Source: Ascoidea asiatica JCM 7603 (taxonomy: Eukaryota > Fungi > Ascomycota). Taken from it: a DNA stretch of 64,000 bases. The notes under the pieces were generated by a model. That model had not been told where the DNA came from, did not search any database, and was given only the letters and a program-made list of their open reading frames with translations. Every line of letters starts with the position of its first letter. Positions within the stretch are counted from its first letter, which is position 1. Position numbers and translations under genes: made by a program. Positions 24,396 to 37,670 of the stretch are shown here, in pieces. The stretch lies in the NCBI GenBank assembly GCA_001600695.1, contig BCKQ01000007.1, positions 316,713 to 380,712 on the forward strand, given 5' to 3'.

Positions 24396-27300
24396 CATTT
24401 CAGGTGATGAACAAAATTAATTGTCCTATGTACACAAAACTATATAAATATGTCTGTTTTTGTCTACAGTTTTTTTCATTTTTATATATTTTTGAAATTA
24501 TCGAGTTTTATATTTACTATTTTACATATATTAATACATAATATTTATTATTAATCTAATTATAATATTGACCTCATTTTTCATTATCTGTGATAATTTT
24601 TAAACTAAAACAACTTAATTTATTCCATTATGTCTCATGAATCCCGACAGTAACTGACCCTCAAACAAAAATATGGCCCCGAAAAATAGTAGTTTCCCAT
24701 TCTAGAAAACATGAACCCGCAAACACAAAGTCCCTCAAATTAGCTTCAAAGCCGCAAAAAGCGGCCCACGCTCATTTTAACAGGTTTTTTTTTTAATTAG
24801 GACAAGCAAATCTGCAATTTATGGGTATAGCTTACTGCAGATCTCTCATATGATAGCAGATTTTTTCGCAGGTGTTTTATGATTCTGTGATAATTTTGAA
24901 AATATATTAAGATATTTGATACTGTCTTTTCTTTGTTTCTTCATTCAAGTTTCTATGTGTAATAGTCAATATTAAGTAATTCATAATCACTATATATTTG
25001 TATAGTGCCTGTTTATGTCAATAATTTAAGTATATTTCCAATGGATATTCAATCGTACTTTTGAATACCAGAGTATTAATAGACTTAATTAAATATTTGG
25101 AATAATGAAAATTGTATCACTATTCACTTTAGAATCATTTAGATTATTTATGAAAGTAATTCAAGTTAATTAAAAAAGAGCAAGCAATATAATAAATTTA
25201 AATTTTTATCAGACAAAAACCGAGGCAGTAGTAAATATTTTTGAAATTCTTTTCTCAGACCTAGTTTTTCTGATAACAAAAATTGAATTTGAGATTGAAA
25301 TTAAAATTGAAATTGAATCGATTTTAATTTCGGTTAGATAAGTATTCATTTGAGATTTTTTTTTAAACTTTTTGAAAAATTTGAGTATTAATGAAAACGC
25401 CCAAATGTATCATCATCATTAAAAAAATATCATTTTTTATCACATTTAATGGTAAGTTTTACAAATAAGTAGTGATAATTTAGAATAAGTTTGAAATAGG
25501 AAACAAAAACTAATTAAAGAAGAAAAGAAAATTATAGTTATCATAGATTTTGAAAAGGCACAAATAGAAATTATTAAGCTTTTTCATTTATGATTTAAAA
25601 TTAATACTATTATACATTTATAATTTGGATTTTTCAAAGTTTGAAAAACAAGCAAAACAAAACAGAAAAAAATATGTTTGGAACGTGAGATTTAAAAAGC
25701 CAAAATTACTCAATTAGATTTTTTTTCTTCTCAAAATATATTTTTAATATTGGATTTGAAAAATTTGTAGACTTGAATATCATTATTGAATAATCACCTG
25801 AATCAAGGAAACTTATTTCAGGGCACGATTACGAATTTTTTTTTTTAAATTTACTAACATTTAGTTAGCTGCCTAGCTCGCTTGAATAAAACCTTCGTAA
25901 TTACTAATAAGAGACATATCTAATTTCCTTAAATCTATTTTTGTGGTTTAATTTTTTTTTTATTTCTAAATTATTTTTTTTATTTTAAAAATCAGGCAAA
26001 TTTCTTCAAGTTATATTGTTTGATTATTTAGTCTGCATTACTAGTAATTTTATACTTTTTATTATTCTACTAATACTATCGGTGCAGTACTTTTTTAGTA
26101 CTATACCGGTACTATACTAGTAATATTACAAGATAAAACAGAATTTCGCAAATGTTCGTAAAGATTTTCAGATAGGCCTAGGCTAATTTTTAATTGTTTC
26201 AAATGTTTTGAGAATAATTTGTTAATAATTTGTGAATAATTGATGAATAGTTTATGAATACGTTCTAAATACTTGTGAATACGTTATGAATATTATATGA
26301 TATCATATTTTAACAAAATTTAAATTAATCATGAACAATCAAATCACTAAAGTTACGAGATTTCAAACCGCATAACATTTAAAAGTTTATTCTAAACATA
26401 AAGCATAACTCAAAACCTTGATTAAATTTAAATTTTTTTAATAAACTTTAAAACTTCTAGTTTTAATTTTTTGATATTAATATAATGATATGAATATTAG
26501 GCGACAATCAAATGAAAGAAAGAAAAGAAAAGAAAAAAAACATTTCATTATACATACTTTCATTGTAGCATAACAATTCTAATAGTATTTCTAGTACCAT
26601 TACTTCATTTGTATCATTTTCTATAAAAAAAATTATAAAATTCTACTCAAAGCTTGGAATATCATTTGCATAGATGTTTAAGCCCTCTATGTTAAACAAA
26701 TTTTATATATTATATTGTCAATCTTCGATATTTAATTGCCGAATAAAATTAGTATCATTTTTTTTTAACGTGCTTTCTTATACAAGAGTAATATATGGTA
26801 CGGAGTAGAGTCTAAAATTTTTCAAACTAATTTGTAATGTATGAAACTTAGGTAAAAATCTCCTATTTTGATTAGTTTTTTATGAATTTTTTTTTTTTTC
26901 TTCTTTTATTTTTAATAGTGAAAAATTCAAAACACTTGATCTGTGTTCAGAGTGCGATACACAAGTAAAAATAAAATAAAATATGAACCTACGAATGTGA
27001 ATATGTATATTTCCTTTAAACGGTTTAAATATTTTTATCTCCTTTTTTTTTTATTGGTGGTGAATAATTTTTTTTTTTTGATTTAAGAATGAGTGAATAA
27101 AAAAAAATAATTTGGATATGTCATTATCAATAGAGGAATTTAAAAGGTTTTAAATCAGGCGTTTGAAGATAAGTATTTAAAGACAAATAACTATTGTTAA
27201 ATAATGATTATGTTTATTAGGAAGCTAACGTTGAAAAAAGTTGACTGAAGATAGTTGTAAGAATAAAAATAAAAACTAGAGTAATAAAAATAAGCAAAAA

Positions 27301-27792
27301 AAAAAGTTATTTTCTAACTTTTAAAAAAAAATTGGGCATTTTGAAGAATAATAACTTTAGTTGTAGATTGTAATTAACCACGGATAATTTAACAATCATT
27401 TGTTTAAGTTTATTAATAGTAGATATAAGATTTGAGGTGGTTCACATTATAGTTTGACAATTGTATTTTTAGCTCTTGCTTACCTGCTTGGCTTGGCTCT
27501 AGATGGCAGCGGTGTGGCACAAGGCTCAGAGAGCATAGCGAAGTGTATGCATGATGTGGGTAGCTGGAGTTCAAGCAGAGATGTACACACCAGGTTATGC
27601 AAGTATGAAGATCTGATTATTCTTATTTGGATCCGCTATGAATCTGCTAAAGTACCAATATATTATTTGATATTGTTTAATTAATGTAATAAATTATTAA
27701 TAATTATTAATAATTATTAAATTTAATTAAATATTATTAATAAACTAAATTATTGATTAATTCGCTTAATTTAATTCGTGTACGTGATTTAA

Positions 27793-27799
27793 TTACCCG
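27793..27799 (+). promoter_or_regulatory. Reb1-type site TTACCCG
   Basis: Exact match to the S. cerevisiae Reb1 core. No adjacent gene, so function is unverified. Confidence 0.3.
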
Positions 27800-30700
27800 A
27801 ATTTTAGAAAAATTAAATGTTTCTTAAACTCGGAAATTCCCTTCATACAGGTAAAAATACCCTATACCCGGTACTATATATTTTTTTTGTTTCAATTAAA
27901 AGTATGCTAATTTTTATTTTATCTTTAGAAGAAAAAAAAGAAAAAGCAAAAAAAAAAAAACTGAGCAAATAAAACCAAATTAGGTCAATGGAAATAAATA
28001 TTTAAAAAATAAAAATTGTATCATAAATTTATTATTTTTGAGAAAAAAAATTTTAAATTTGTAATTTGTTGTAACAAATTAGAATATAGAATTTCTCTTG
28101 AATTAGAAATTTAAGATATTTATGAAAATTGTTTCATTTTTTGTTTTTCTGCCATATTAAAAATTTGAGATATTGTTAAAAATTGGAAGAGAATCGAGTA
28201 AGAAAATAAAATAACCTTTGAAATGTATTCAAATATAAGAACAGAGCTTGGTTTTAATTATAACAATATAAACCTTAATAGAATTGAAAATTAGGAATTA
28301 GGAATTAGGAATTAGGAATTGGAATTTGGAATCTGGAAATACCAATTATAACTTGAGCAGCCTAGATTACATTTTTTTAATTGAATATCTTAAAGAATTC
28401 TCGGCAAAAGTAGTTTGAAGTGGAGTATTTCATCTTAATTTCATTTGAATTTCAAATTAATAAGTAAATATTTCTTAAATGAGGAATCTAATTTATGTGA
28501 AAAAGAATGAAATTGAAAACGTATTTGAATGTTTAAAGGCAGTACTAAATATTAAAAAGAAAAAAGAAGAATGAAGCAAAGAATGATTTGAAGAATTTAC
28601 TTAATTAAGAAACGGCTTCTGAAATTCAATTTATTGATTATCAATAAGAATCGAAAGACAAAAATGTATAAAAATATGTATAGTACCACTAGAAAATGTT
28701 TAATACTATATAGAATTAGCTGATATAACAGGTGATAGAAGTGGAACAGAAGAATTAACTGCTGTTCCAGAGAGCACTGCGTGACAATTTTAGATCAAGT
28801 AAGCATTAATTGGACATTAATTTAGATTAATTAAAAAGTAATTAAGAATCAATCAAATATAAATTTCTGTTCATGGATTATTATTAATTAATTCATTAAT
28901 TGATTGATTCTCAATAAGATTATATTTTATTACATTTTCAATGTAATTAATGGCAAATTATAAAATTGAGTTAAAAATAAATCTGGAGATAATTCAATTC
29001 AATTAACACGGTATCAATTATTGCTAATTAGAATCCAATTAGAATTTAATTAGAATTCAATTATTGCTAATTAGAATCTATTAAGGTTATATTACAATCA
29101 GCTGAAATCTCCTAAATAGGATAAATTCTGAATTTGGTTAATCTTGTTTTATGGTCCATCCATTATTGTATTTCATAAAGTTATTTAGATTATTATTATT
29201 ATTTGCTGTATAATATTAAATATTATATTATGCTACACTGGGTAATATGTGTATATTGAGTACCGCATTATTTGTGGGCCAGACCGCTGCGGAGGGGGCT
29301 AGAGCGTAAGTCCTGTCCCGCCCATGAGATTGAAGCATCCATTCTACTCTACTCTACTACTACTACTAATACTAATATTGGTAACAATGCCAAAAAGACC
29401 AGGACAAAACAATCTCAAAATTAGGAAATGGAAATTTTCTGTTAGCCAGGAATTGCATTACAAATTTAGTTTTTTTTTTTCTATTTTTTGTAATATTATC
29501 ATATTTATCTACAAACATTTCATGTTTTTAAACATAATTTGGAGTAAATGCCCTTAATAATCTGAAAATTGTGAAAAATTTGATCAACCTAATTTGAGAT
29601 AAATATTTCATTCACTCCCAATTCTTTTATATTTCAAAATTATTTTATAATCGAATATCCCATTATCTTATTTTTATGCTATTCTAGTTTTTCACTCAGA
29701 TTTCAATGTATTTTTATCCATTTTCTCTGTAGAAATAAAGCAAGCTATCTCCATGTATTTCATTCATTTTTTTTTGTGAAGATGTATGAAGTGATCTGAT
29801 TCGGTTCAGAAAAGTGGTAATTTGCAGAACATAACACCACCTTGACATAGTCAACTTATCATAACTTAACAATATTAGATTTTCCTAAGTTTTCTTATAT
29901 TTTCTTATATTTTCTTAAATTTTTCAACTTTAGTCAAATTTTCTTAAACTTTTTTCTATATTTTTCAAAATTTTTCTAAAAGTTTTCTGAAGTTATCCTG
30001 AGATTTGCTATGATTTTCTATGATTGTCTGTTCATTTCCTACCAATAAATGTCTACTTCTTGAGAAGATTGACTTCATTCAACCTCAATCACCGCCTAAA
30101 ATTGGTTAACTAAATAGCACTATTATTATTATTCCAGTAATATTCCATTATTATTTTGTAATTTCATTATTATTTATTACAATTTTATTAATAATTAATA
30201 ATTCATCAATATTCAATTATTACAAACTTTATAACTAAGATTATTTTCAAATTATCTTATCCCCAATAAAATTATGATAAATCATAAAAATTTATTTGAA
30301 TCCATTTAAAATTGCAGCACATTCTTTCTCAATATCTAAATCCATCCATTAATATCTTTTATCAATATATTACATTAATATATTGTTATATTATTACATT
30401 ATTATATTATTATATAGAAATACATCTATATTTCAGTATAATATTATAATAATATATAATAATACTGATACTTTGCTATTAGTTACTGGCTACTTTTACT
30501 TTTACTACCTTTATATCTCCGTACCAGTACACAAGTATACCAACACCACTACCAATACTAAATTACTGCTAATTTGCTACTAATTTAATACCACTGAGCA
30601 AACTGAAAATTATTAAATTTCTTATTTCAAACCATCAAATAATATCTTTTTATTCACCAGATAATTTTCATAAAAATACTAAACTAAAAGTTAATATCAA

Positions 30701-31304
30701 CTATTAATTATTAATATCAATATCTATATCAATATCAATATTATTTAACAAAACTTCAAATATCACTCACTATATTCTTGTATATTATATTAAACTTATC
30801 AAATCATCATCTTATTCAAAAACGTTAAAGTTCATAAAGAATAGAAGAACTTTTTAAAATAAGAATTTAAAAATTAAATATCTAAAAATCCTTATTTATA
30901 TTTGTATTTATATTTATATTTATGATATTTGTTTTTATCAATATTCCTTAATTCAAATACTTCATCTAATATTCTCCTCACATATATATTATTATTCATT
31001 ATTGTTCTTATTATTATTATTAGTATTAGTATATTATTTTCATCATCCTTATCCTTTTTTTCAACAAAATTCAATCTTTCATTATAATATTCATTTTATT
31101 TCTTGAACCCCCTTGATAATATCAATATTTAATAAAAATTTTCACTTTATAATATTATAATTTATTCAAAATACTTCTTTTAAATTCAAATTATATTAAA
31201 TTTTTTTAATTCATTTTGTACTATAAACTTATTTTTTATGTTATAAATTATATTTCAATTAAAATTTATTAATCTTTTTTCATTTTTTATATAAATTTTA
31301 ATTA

Positions 31305-32479
31305 ATGTATTCAAATAATAATCAAATTAATCAACTTAATTACAAAAATAAAATAAAAAATATTAATATCAATAATAATATCAATAATAATATGTTCAAA
31401 AATTCTGAAAATGATATTAATGATCCTGATATAGCTGAAATTTCAGATTCTTCAAATGATCCCATCTCAAATAAATCCAAAAATTTAAATAATAATAATA
31501 ATAATAATAAAGAACAACAACAAGAAAATGAAAATGATATTGTCTCTGATAATGATGATAATGAAGATGAAAATGAAGATGATATAATCGAAGATAGTGA
31601 TAATAATACTAATAATACTCCTACTATTACAAAAACAACTAACAATAATAACAATAATAAGACTGATACTAAGACTAATAACAAAACTAACTCAATTCAC
31701 AATCGAAATAATAATATAAACAGACTTGACCCTACTCGGCTTACATCTTATAATCAAGCAAATCTATCAGAAGATAATGATGACACTGATGATAGTGATG
31801 AAGAAGATTTACACCATTCTAGTCATAGGCGATTAACTAGAAATCCTCCACATAGTAGATATTCTAATTATGATTCAATAAAAAAAAATAATCTAACTAA
31901 TAATAATTCAAATAAAATATCAAATTTCTCAAAAAATAATAATTCAAATTTTAATCAAAATGGTTTCTCAAGTACCCAAGTTTGTTCTCCTATTCCATCT
32001 CAATCTCAATCTAGATCTCAATCACAGTCTTCAATTAATTCTCTTTCGAATTCTCTTTCGAATTCTCACTCCAATTCTCAAAGCAATTCTCAAAGTAATT
32101 CAAGATCAAATTCAAAATTTTCAAATTCTTTAAATAATCAGCAATATATACATGCTAATCAAAATTTCATTAATCAAAGTAATCAAATTAATCAAAATAA
32201 TAATCAAAATAATAATCAAAATAATAATCAAAATAATAATCAAAATAATAATCAAAATAATAATCAAAATAATAATCAAAATAATAATCAAAATAATAAT
32301 CAAAACAATCAAAGTAATCAACATACTTTAATGAGCTCTCAGATGAATTCATCATTAGTGAAGGAAAGTCAAGAAACTATTAGCTTACCCCCTTCTCAAC
32401 AAACAAGTTTCGCAAACGTATCACCAGGAGTGAAATTTCCCAGAAGCAACAACAATATTAACCACAGCAATACTATTCC

Positions 32480-32554
<75 letters not shown>

Positions 32555-35500
32555 TATTCATAATAATGAAAATATTTTTGGTAATTTTAATATTGACTCT
32601 ATTGGTATAGGTAGTCAGATGAATGCTTCTGATTTAGCCTTAATGTTCCCAAACACACTACCTGAAAATAATATCCCATCATCTTTATCTAGAATAAGTC
32701 AAAATAAATTTAATGAATCATCGCCATTAATACATCAACCTTTACCGAATAGAAATATGAATAATATGAGCAATATCAATAATCACCAAAATATGAACAT
32801 TAATCCTCCCAATTTACCAGTACTAAAAACTTCCAAAAGTTTAACCCTTTCACAACAGTTAAGAAAAGAAGGTCACTTAAAACCAACTCATTCAACTAAA
32901 TTAAGAGACCCAGAAACTTTGATTGAAATTGATGATCTTAAAAAATACAAAGGTAAAACAACAAGAGTAAGTTGGTCAAATATTGATGATACTCTATTTC
33001 TTAAATTTACAGTTGGTGCATATGTTTCAAAAGATGAAAAAATAAAGGGTTGGCCTTATATTATTGACTCACTTGTAAGATATAATGTGGAAAGGAATGC
33101 CAGACAATGTAGAGATAGAATTCGTTTATTAATAAAGAGATTAAAAAAGTGTATAGATGAATACTATAAAATGAAAGCAAGAAGTCTCACTTTACCTTCT
33201 TCAAAACCTCAACAATTCAAAGAAGCTATTCCAAATTATAATGGAAATTTTTTACCTTGGAACTTATTGTGCAGTCTTTATATAATTTCCAAACAATACT
33301 TTACTGATCATCCCACTAACATTTCAAAAAATTCTAAATCTAGTAATAATTTTCCTGGTTCAAATGCAATTTCTGCCTTTGAAGAACTAAGAAATATTGA
33401 AATTCCAGAACTACAATGTTTATTATCTTGTTACAGTAAAATAAAACAATCTGAAGTTGATGATATTCAAGCTTTGTATAATTCTGGAAATCTACTTGAG
33501 TTTAATAATGTAATAAATTATATTGGGCTGTTCGATTCAAATGGAAACGAAATCAATGCAATTAAGAGAAATGAATTGGTGGATAAGATACTCAATAATA
33601 CAAATTTAATTTCTTCTAGTCCACCAAAGAATATTAACAACTTTAATCAACCAAATGGTATTAAAATTTCTAGCTCTGAGAGACCAAAAGATAGCACTAT
33701 TATTCAAAATATTGCAGTCTCAGAATCTCAAATTCACCCTCGATTACTTCCTCATCCACAATCTCATATTGCTTCTCATGCTCCCACTCTGATTCCTATT
33801 CAAATACCTGTTAAAAGGCCTATTCAAATGCCTACTGGCACCTCTTCTCAAGCTCCTTTTCTTATTTCTCCTAGAATTCCTTTTCAAAACCCCTCTCAAG
33901 AACCATTCCAAGCTATAGAAAGACCAGAATCTTCTCCAAATATAGGAACTCAAATGGATGCTATTAATTTTGATTATGATGATGAAAATAATGACGATAT
34001 TGAAGAAATCAATTCAAAGAAAATGAATGAAATGTATCAGCTGCAGACTGGAAATGATAACTCGGGCAAATTGCGAAATGCAAATACAGAGAGGAACACA
34101 AATGGCTTGAAAGGCCAAATTAAAAAACATATGGAAATTATAAACACGCCTAATGGTCTTCATTTAAATAAAAAAATAAAGTCAAATGCTTTTAAAAAAA
34201 GATATACAATCGATATCAATTCGGAAAAAGATGAATTCAACAATGAAGATGATTTCAATAGCAAAGATTGTAATCAAAAATATCTCAATAAAATTTTCAG
34301 CAGAATGAATAATATGCAGGACCAGATTTTAACATTTTTTTCTAATAATGATCAAAATAAACTCTTAGATGCAATTTTGAATCTTACCAATGAATTAAAA
34401 ACTTCACGGTCCTCCATGGAGAATGTACTTTTTGAAATAAAAACTATCCTTAGCTCAACCAATTCGTCTTTAAAAGGAGAGTTCACACGGGTTCTGAATA
34501 ATATGAATGATGATAAGAAAAAAGAAACTTTTAAATCTAACAATTCAGATACTTCATTGTTATCGAAAGCTTCCAATGATATATCTGATTCTAGCAATTT
34601 GAATACTTTGTCGGAATCCAGAATCTCAGATTTGAATGCAACCCAAAATGTGACTAAATTAGATAATATGACAAGCAGAGTCTCTGTATTAGATAAGGTC
34701 ATTTCAGATAAAAGTGAGAATAGAAGTGCTATGAATAAAATTTCATCAAATAAAGAGAATTCTGTTCATAGAAAACCTTCGAGAAAGATAAAGGAAAGTC
34801 CTAAAAATGTAATTGAAAGCAAAACTAAAAATGCTAATTTTAATCCAAGGACAGTTAGCATATCTCCAACGAATAGTAATGATAAAAATACATCTAATAA
34901 TAAATTTCTTGCTAAAAGCCGTTCAAATAACAAAATAAAAAATACCAAATATGGAAAAATAAAAAGTCCAGTGAATTCTGCTGATAATGGAGCTAATGCT
35001 GTTAATTTTAGTAATAAAAATGATAGCAAATATAATTTGAATAAAGATGATAAAACAGTAAACGCTTTCAATAATGGTACTTCTATTGTGAATAATGGGT
35101 TTGAGGTTTCTTCGAGTTCTTACAATGGAATTTCTGCAACACCAAATCAAATAAAAAATATAAATGATCAGGAAATAGTTCAACAGAACAAGAAAACACC
35201 AGTTTTAGATCAATTGCAATCCTCATCAATTTCAACCCAGACTAATATTCAGAATCAGCAACAGACTTTGGCTCAAAAACGCTCTCAACCCCAGCAACTA
35301 ACACCTGCTCAAAAACGTCAGCAACTTCAACAATCTACACAAACTAACAAAACTCGTTATTTTATAGAAAAGGGTCCTCAAATGAATTTAGTTTCAGCAG
35401 ATCCGAATTCAAAAGATATGATTGATATGAACAATCTTATAAATATGAATTTAGCTGAAATTAACATAGGTCCTATAAATAATCCTGATATCAATAATGA

Positions 35501-36695
35501 AAACAATTATCAAATTATGAATGGTTTGGGCATATCTGGAATGGACAATATAATAAATATAGATGAGGATAGTATAAATAATTTCAATGCCGTTTCTAAT
35601 TTGAATATAGATTCAAATGGTATGTCTAATACTAATAATATGAATAGTATTAGTATGAATAATATAAATGATATTAATGACATGGGTAATATGAATAATG
35701 TTAATAATGTGAGTAGAATCGGTAATGCCAAGAGTATAAACACTATTGGTAATGTAAGTACTATGGGAAATGTAAGAAATTTGGGAAATATGGGTGACAT
35801 GAATAATATGAACAACATAAACAATATGAACAATATGAACAACATAAATAATACGAATAATATGAGCAATATGAGCAACATGAATAATATAAAAAATTTG
35901 AATGGTATGAAGAATATCAATTCAATAAATAACTTAGGCACTATGGGTAATATAAACAATGTGAATAATATAGGCAACATGAACAATTTGAACAATTTGA
36001 ACGATATGAACAGTTTAAACGATTTAAACGGTATGAACAATGTGAACAATATTAACAATATGAATAGTGTGAATAATATGAGGAATATGAATATGAACAT
36101 AGGCATGAACATGAACATGAATATGAATATGAATAATATTAATAGTATGAATAATATAAATAACAATGTGGGAAATATAGAAAATTTCAATAATATCAAT
36201 GATATTACTAATATGAATAATTTGAATGATATAAATCCTATTGCTTTAGATTTGAACGGTACAAATATGATTAATATGACCAATAATAATACCAACAATA
36301 ATCCTAGTAATAATCCTAATAATAATAATCCAAATAATAATCCAAATAATAATTCAAATAATAATTCAAATAATCCTAATACCAATATAAGTTCTAATAA
36401 CTCTTCAAATGTTCAGTTGCCTCTAGGGCATCGAAATAGTCATCAGTTTTCACCTGCAAATTCCATTCCACTTTCTTCATCGGTACAACACTTTCAACAA
36501 CAGCAGCAACAGCAACAACAACAGGATTTGCGATTAAATCCCCAGCAGGTAATACATTATAATATGTCAGGAAGCCCTATTGAACAGCGACCTCAGCGAC
36601 CTCAGCAAATGCAACCACAACAGCAGCAGCAACAACAGCAAACTCTACAGCAGCAACACACACAACTTAATTCGAATGGGTTTTTCTATGGTTAA
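31305..36695 (+). CDS. Large Asn/Gln-rich protein with a Myb/SANT-like (trihelix-type) DNA-binding domain; putative transcription regulator
   Basis: 1796-aa ORF. Segment RVSWSNIDDTLFL..GWPYIIDSL..RNARQCRDRIRLLIKRLKK (~32964-33150) has Myb/SANT-like W..W..R..QCRD spacing. The rest is mostly low complexity. Confidence 0.75.
32193..32300 (+). repeat. (CAAAATAATAAT)x9 coding repeat (QNNN)
   Basis: Nine perfect 12-mers in frame. Confidence 0.9.
32481..32549 (+). repeat. (AAT)x23 poly-Asn microsatellite
   Basis: Perfect trinucleotide run in frame. Confidence 0.9.
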
Positions 36696-37308
36696 ATTTT
36701 AGTTAATTGTCATTCCTTTTGAGATTGAATTTCTTACTGCTAGTGCTTTGTGACAAATAATCTATTTTTCTATTCGACTATCTAAAGCATTATTTCTACA
36801 TAAAAGGGTGGGATTTATATGTTATATAAAAAAGGTCCTATCTTTCTGTAACTAAACCAAAATCAATTTCAAATTTTGAATCAAAAAACTTTCAAAGAGT
36901 AATTATACTACTCCAATTCTGACAACTTTTTTTTTCTCTATCTCATTTTTATCCTTTTTTTTCTTTTCCTATATTTTCACCGGTTAGCTTTTATATGTTA
37001 TTTGTATTCTTTTTTCATTCATTTCAGTTCTTTGTCTTATTGCTCTTATCATTAAATTTAAATTTACAACTTCACTTTTTCATTTTAGTTAAGATTTTGA
37101 TTTCATTTGTATATTGTTTGTTTCTCAATAAAAATTTCATGCATTTATGCTTTTATTATTTAATCAACTTCAATTTAACAATCAATCTATTATGTAATTA
37201 AATAATATTTGAGTTCTTGCTCAGATAAAAGATTAGAATTTATTCTGTGTTTATAAATTTAGCTCGGATTACTGAAAAAACCCTTTGTTTACGTTAAATC
37301 GAATTCTG

Positions 37309-37332
37309 CCCAAAAAGGGACAAATGTAAACA
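37309..37332 (+). promoter_or_regulatory. Composite Mcm1-forkhead (CLB2-cluster type) element
   Basis: CCCAAAAAGGG (CC-N6-GG) followed 6 nt later by GTAAACA. Extra forkhead cores at 37286-37292 (reverse) and ~37389-37395. Confidence 0.6.
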
Positions 37333-37670
37333 CTCTGTTTGTGTGCGATTTTCAGAACTCCCAGCAAAGTGCGTGAGAAATCGATGAAGTAAACAGAAAA
37401 ACTACCAAAAAGCATATTCAATGAAACTATTAAATAGAGAAAATAGTGAAAACGAGCTTGATATATTACTCTGAAAAAGGTTAAAAAGAAAGAAAAATTA
37501 ATAATCGTTATTTCTAATCATTTATTATAATCATTTATTATAATCTCGATAATTAAGAGTTTGAAATTCAGAAAAAAATAAATCTTAAAGTGTCAGTTTT
37601 AACGGCAAGATATTTTTAAAACATTTTACTACGTTAATATTTTCATACAATAGCGTTTTTATTTAGGGCA

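Noticed and set aside
27551-27616. C/D-box snoRNA (ATGATGT...CTGA)
   Set aside because: Imperfect C box, no terminal stem, and no rRNA-complementary guide that I could identify.
35510-36385. 291-aa hydrophobic minus-strand ORF that looks like a membrane protein
   Set aside because: Antisense shadow of the Met/Asn repeats in the 1796-aa gene; reverse-complemented AAT/ATG repeats give I/L/F/M runs.
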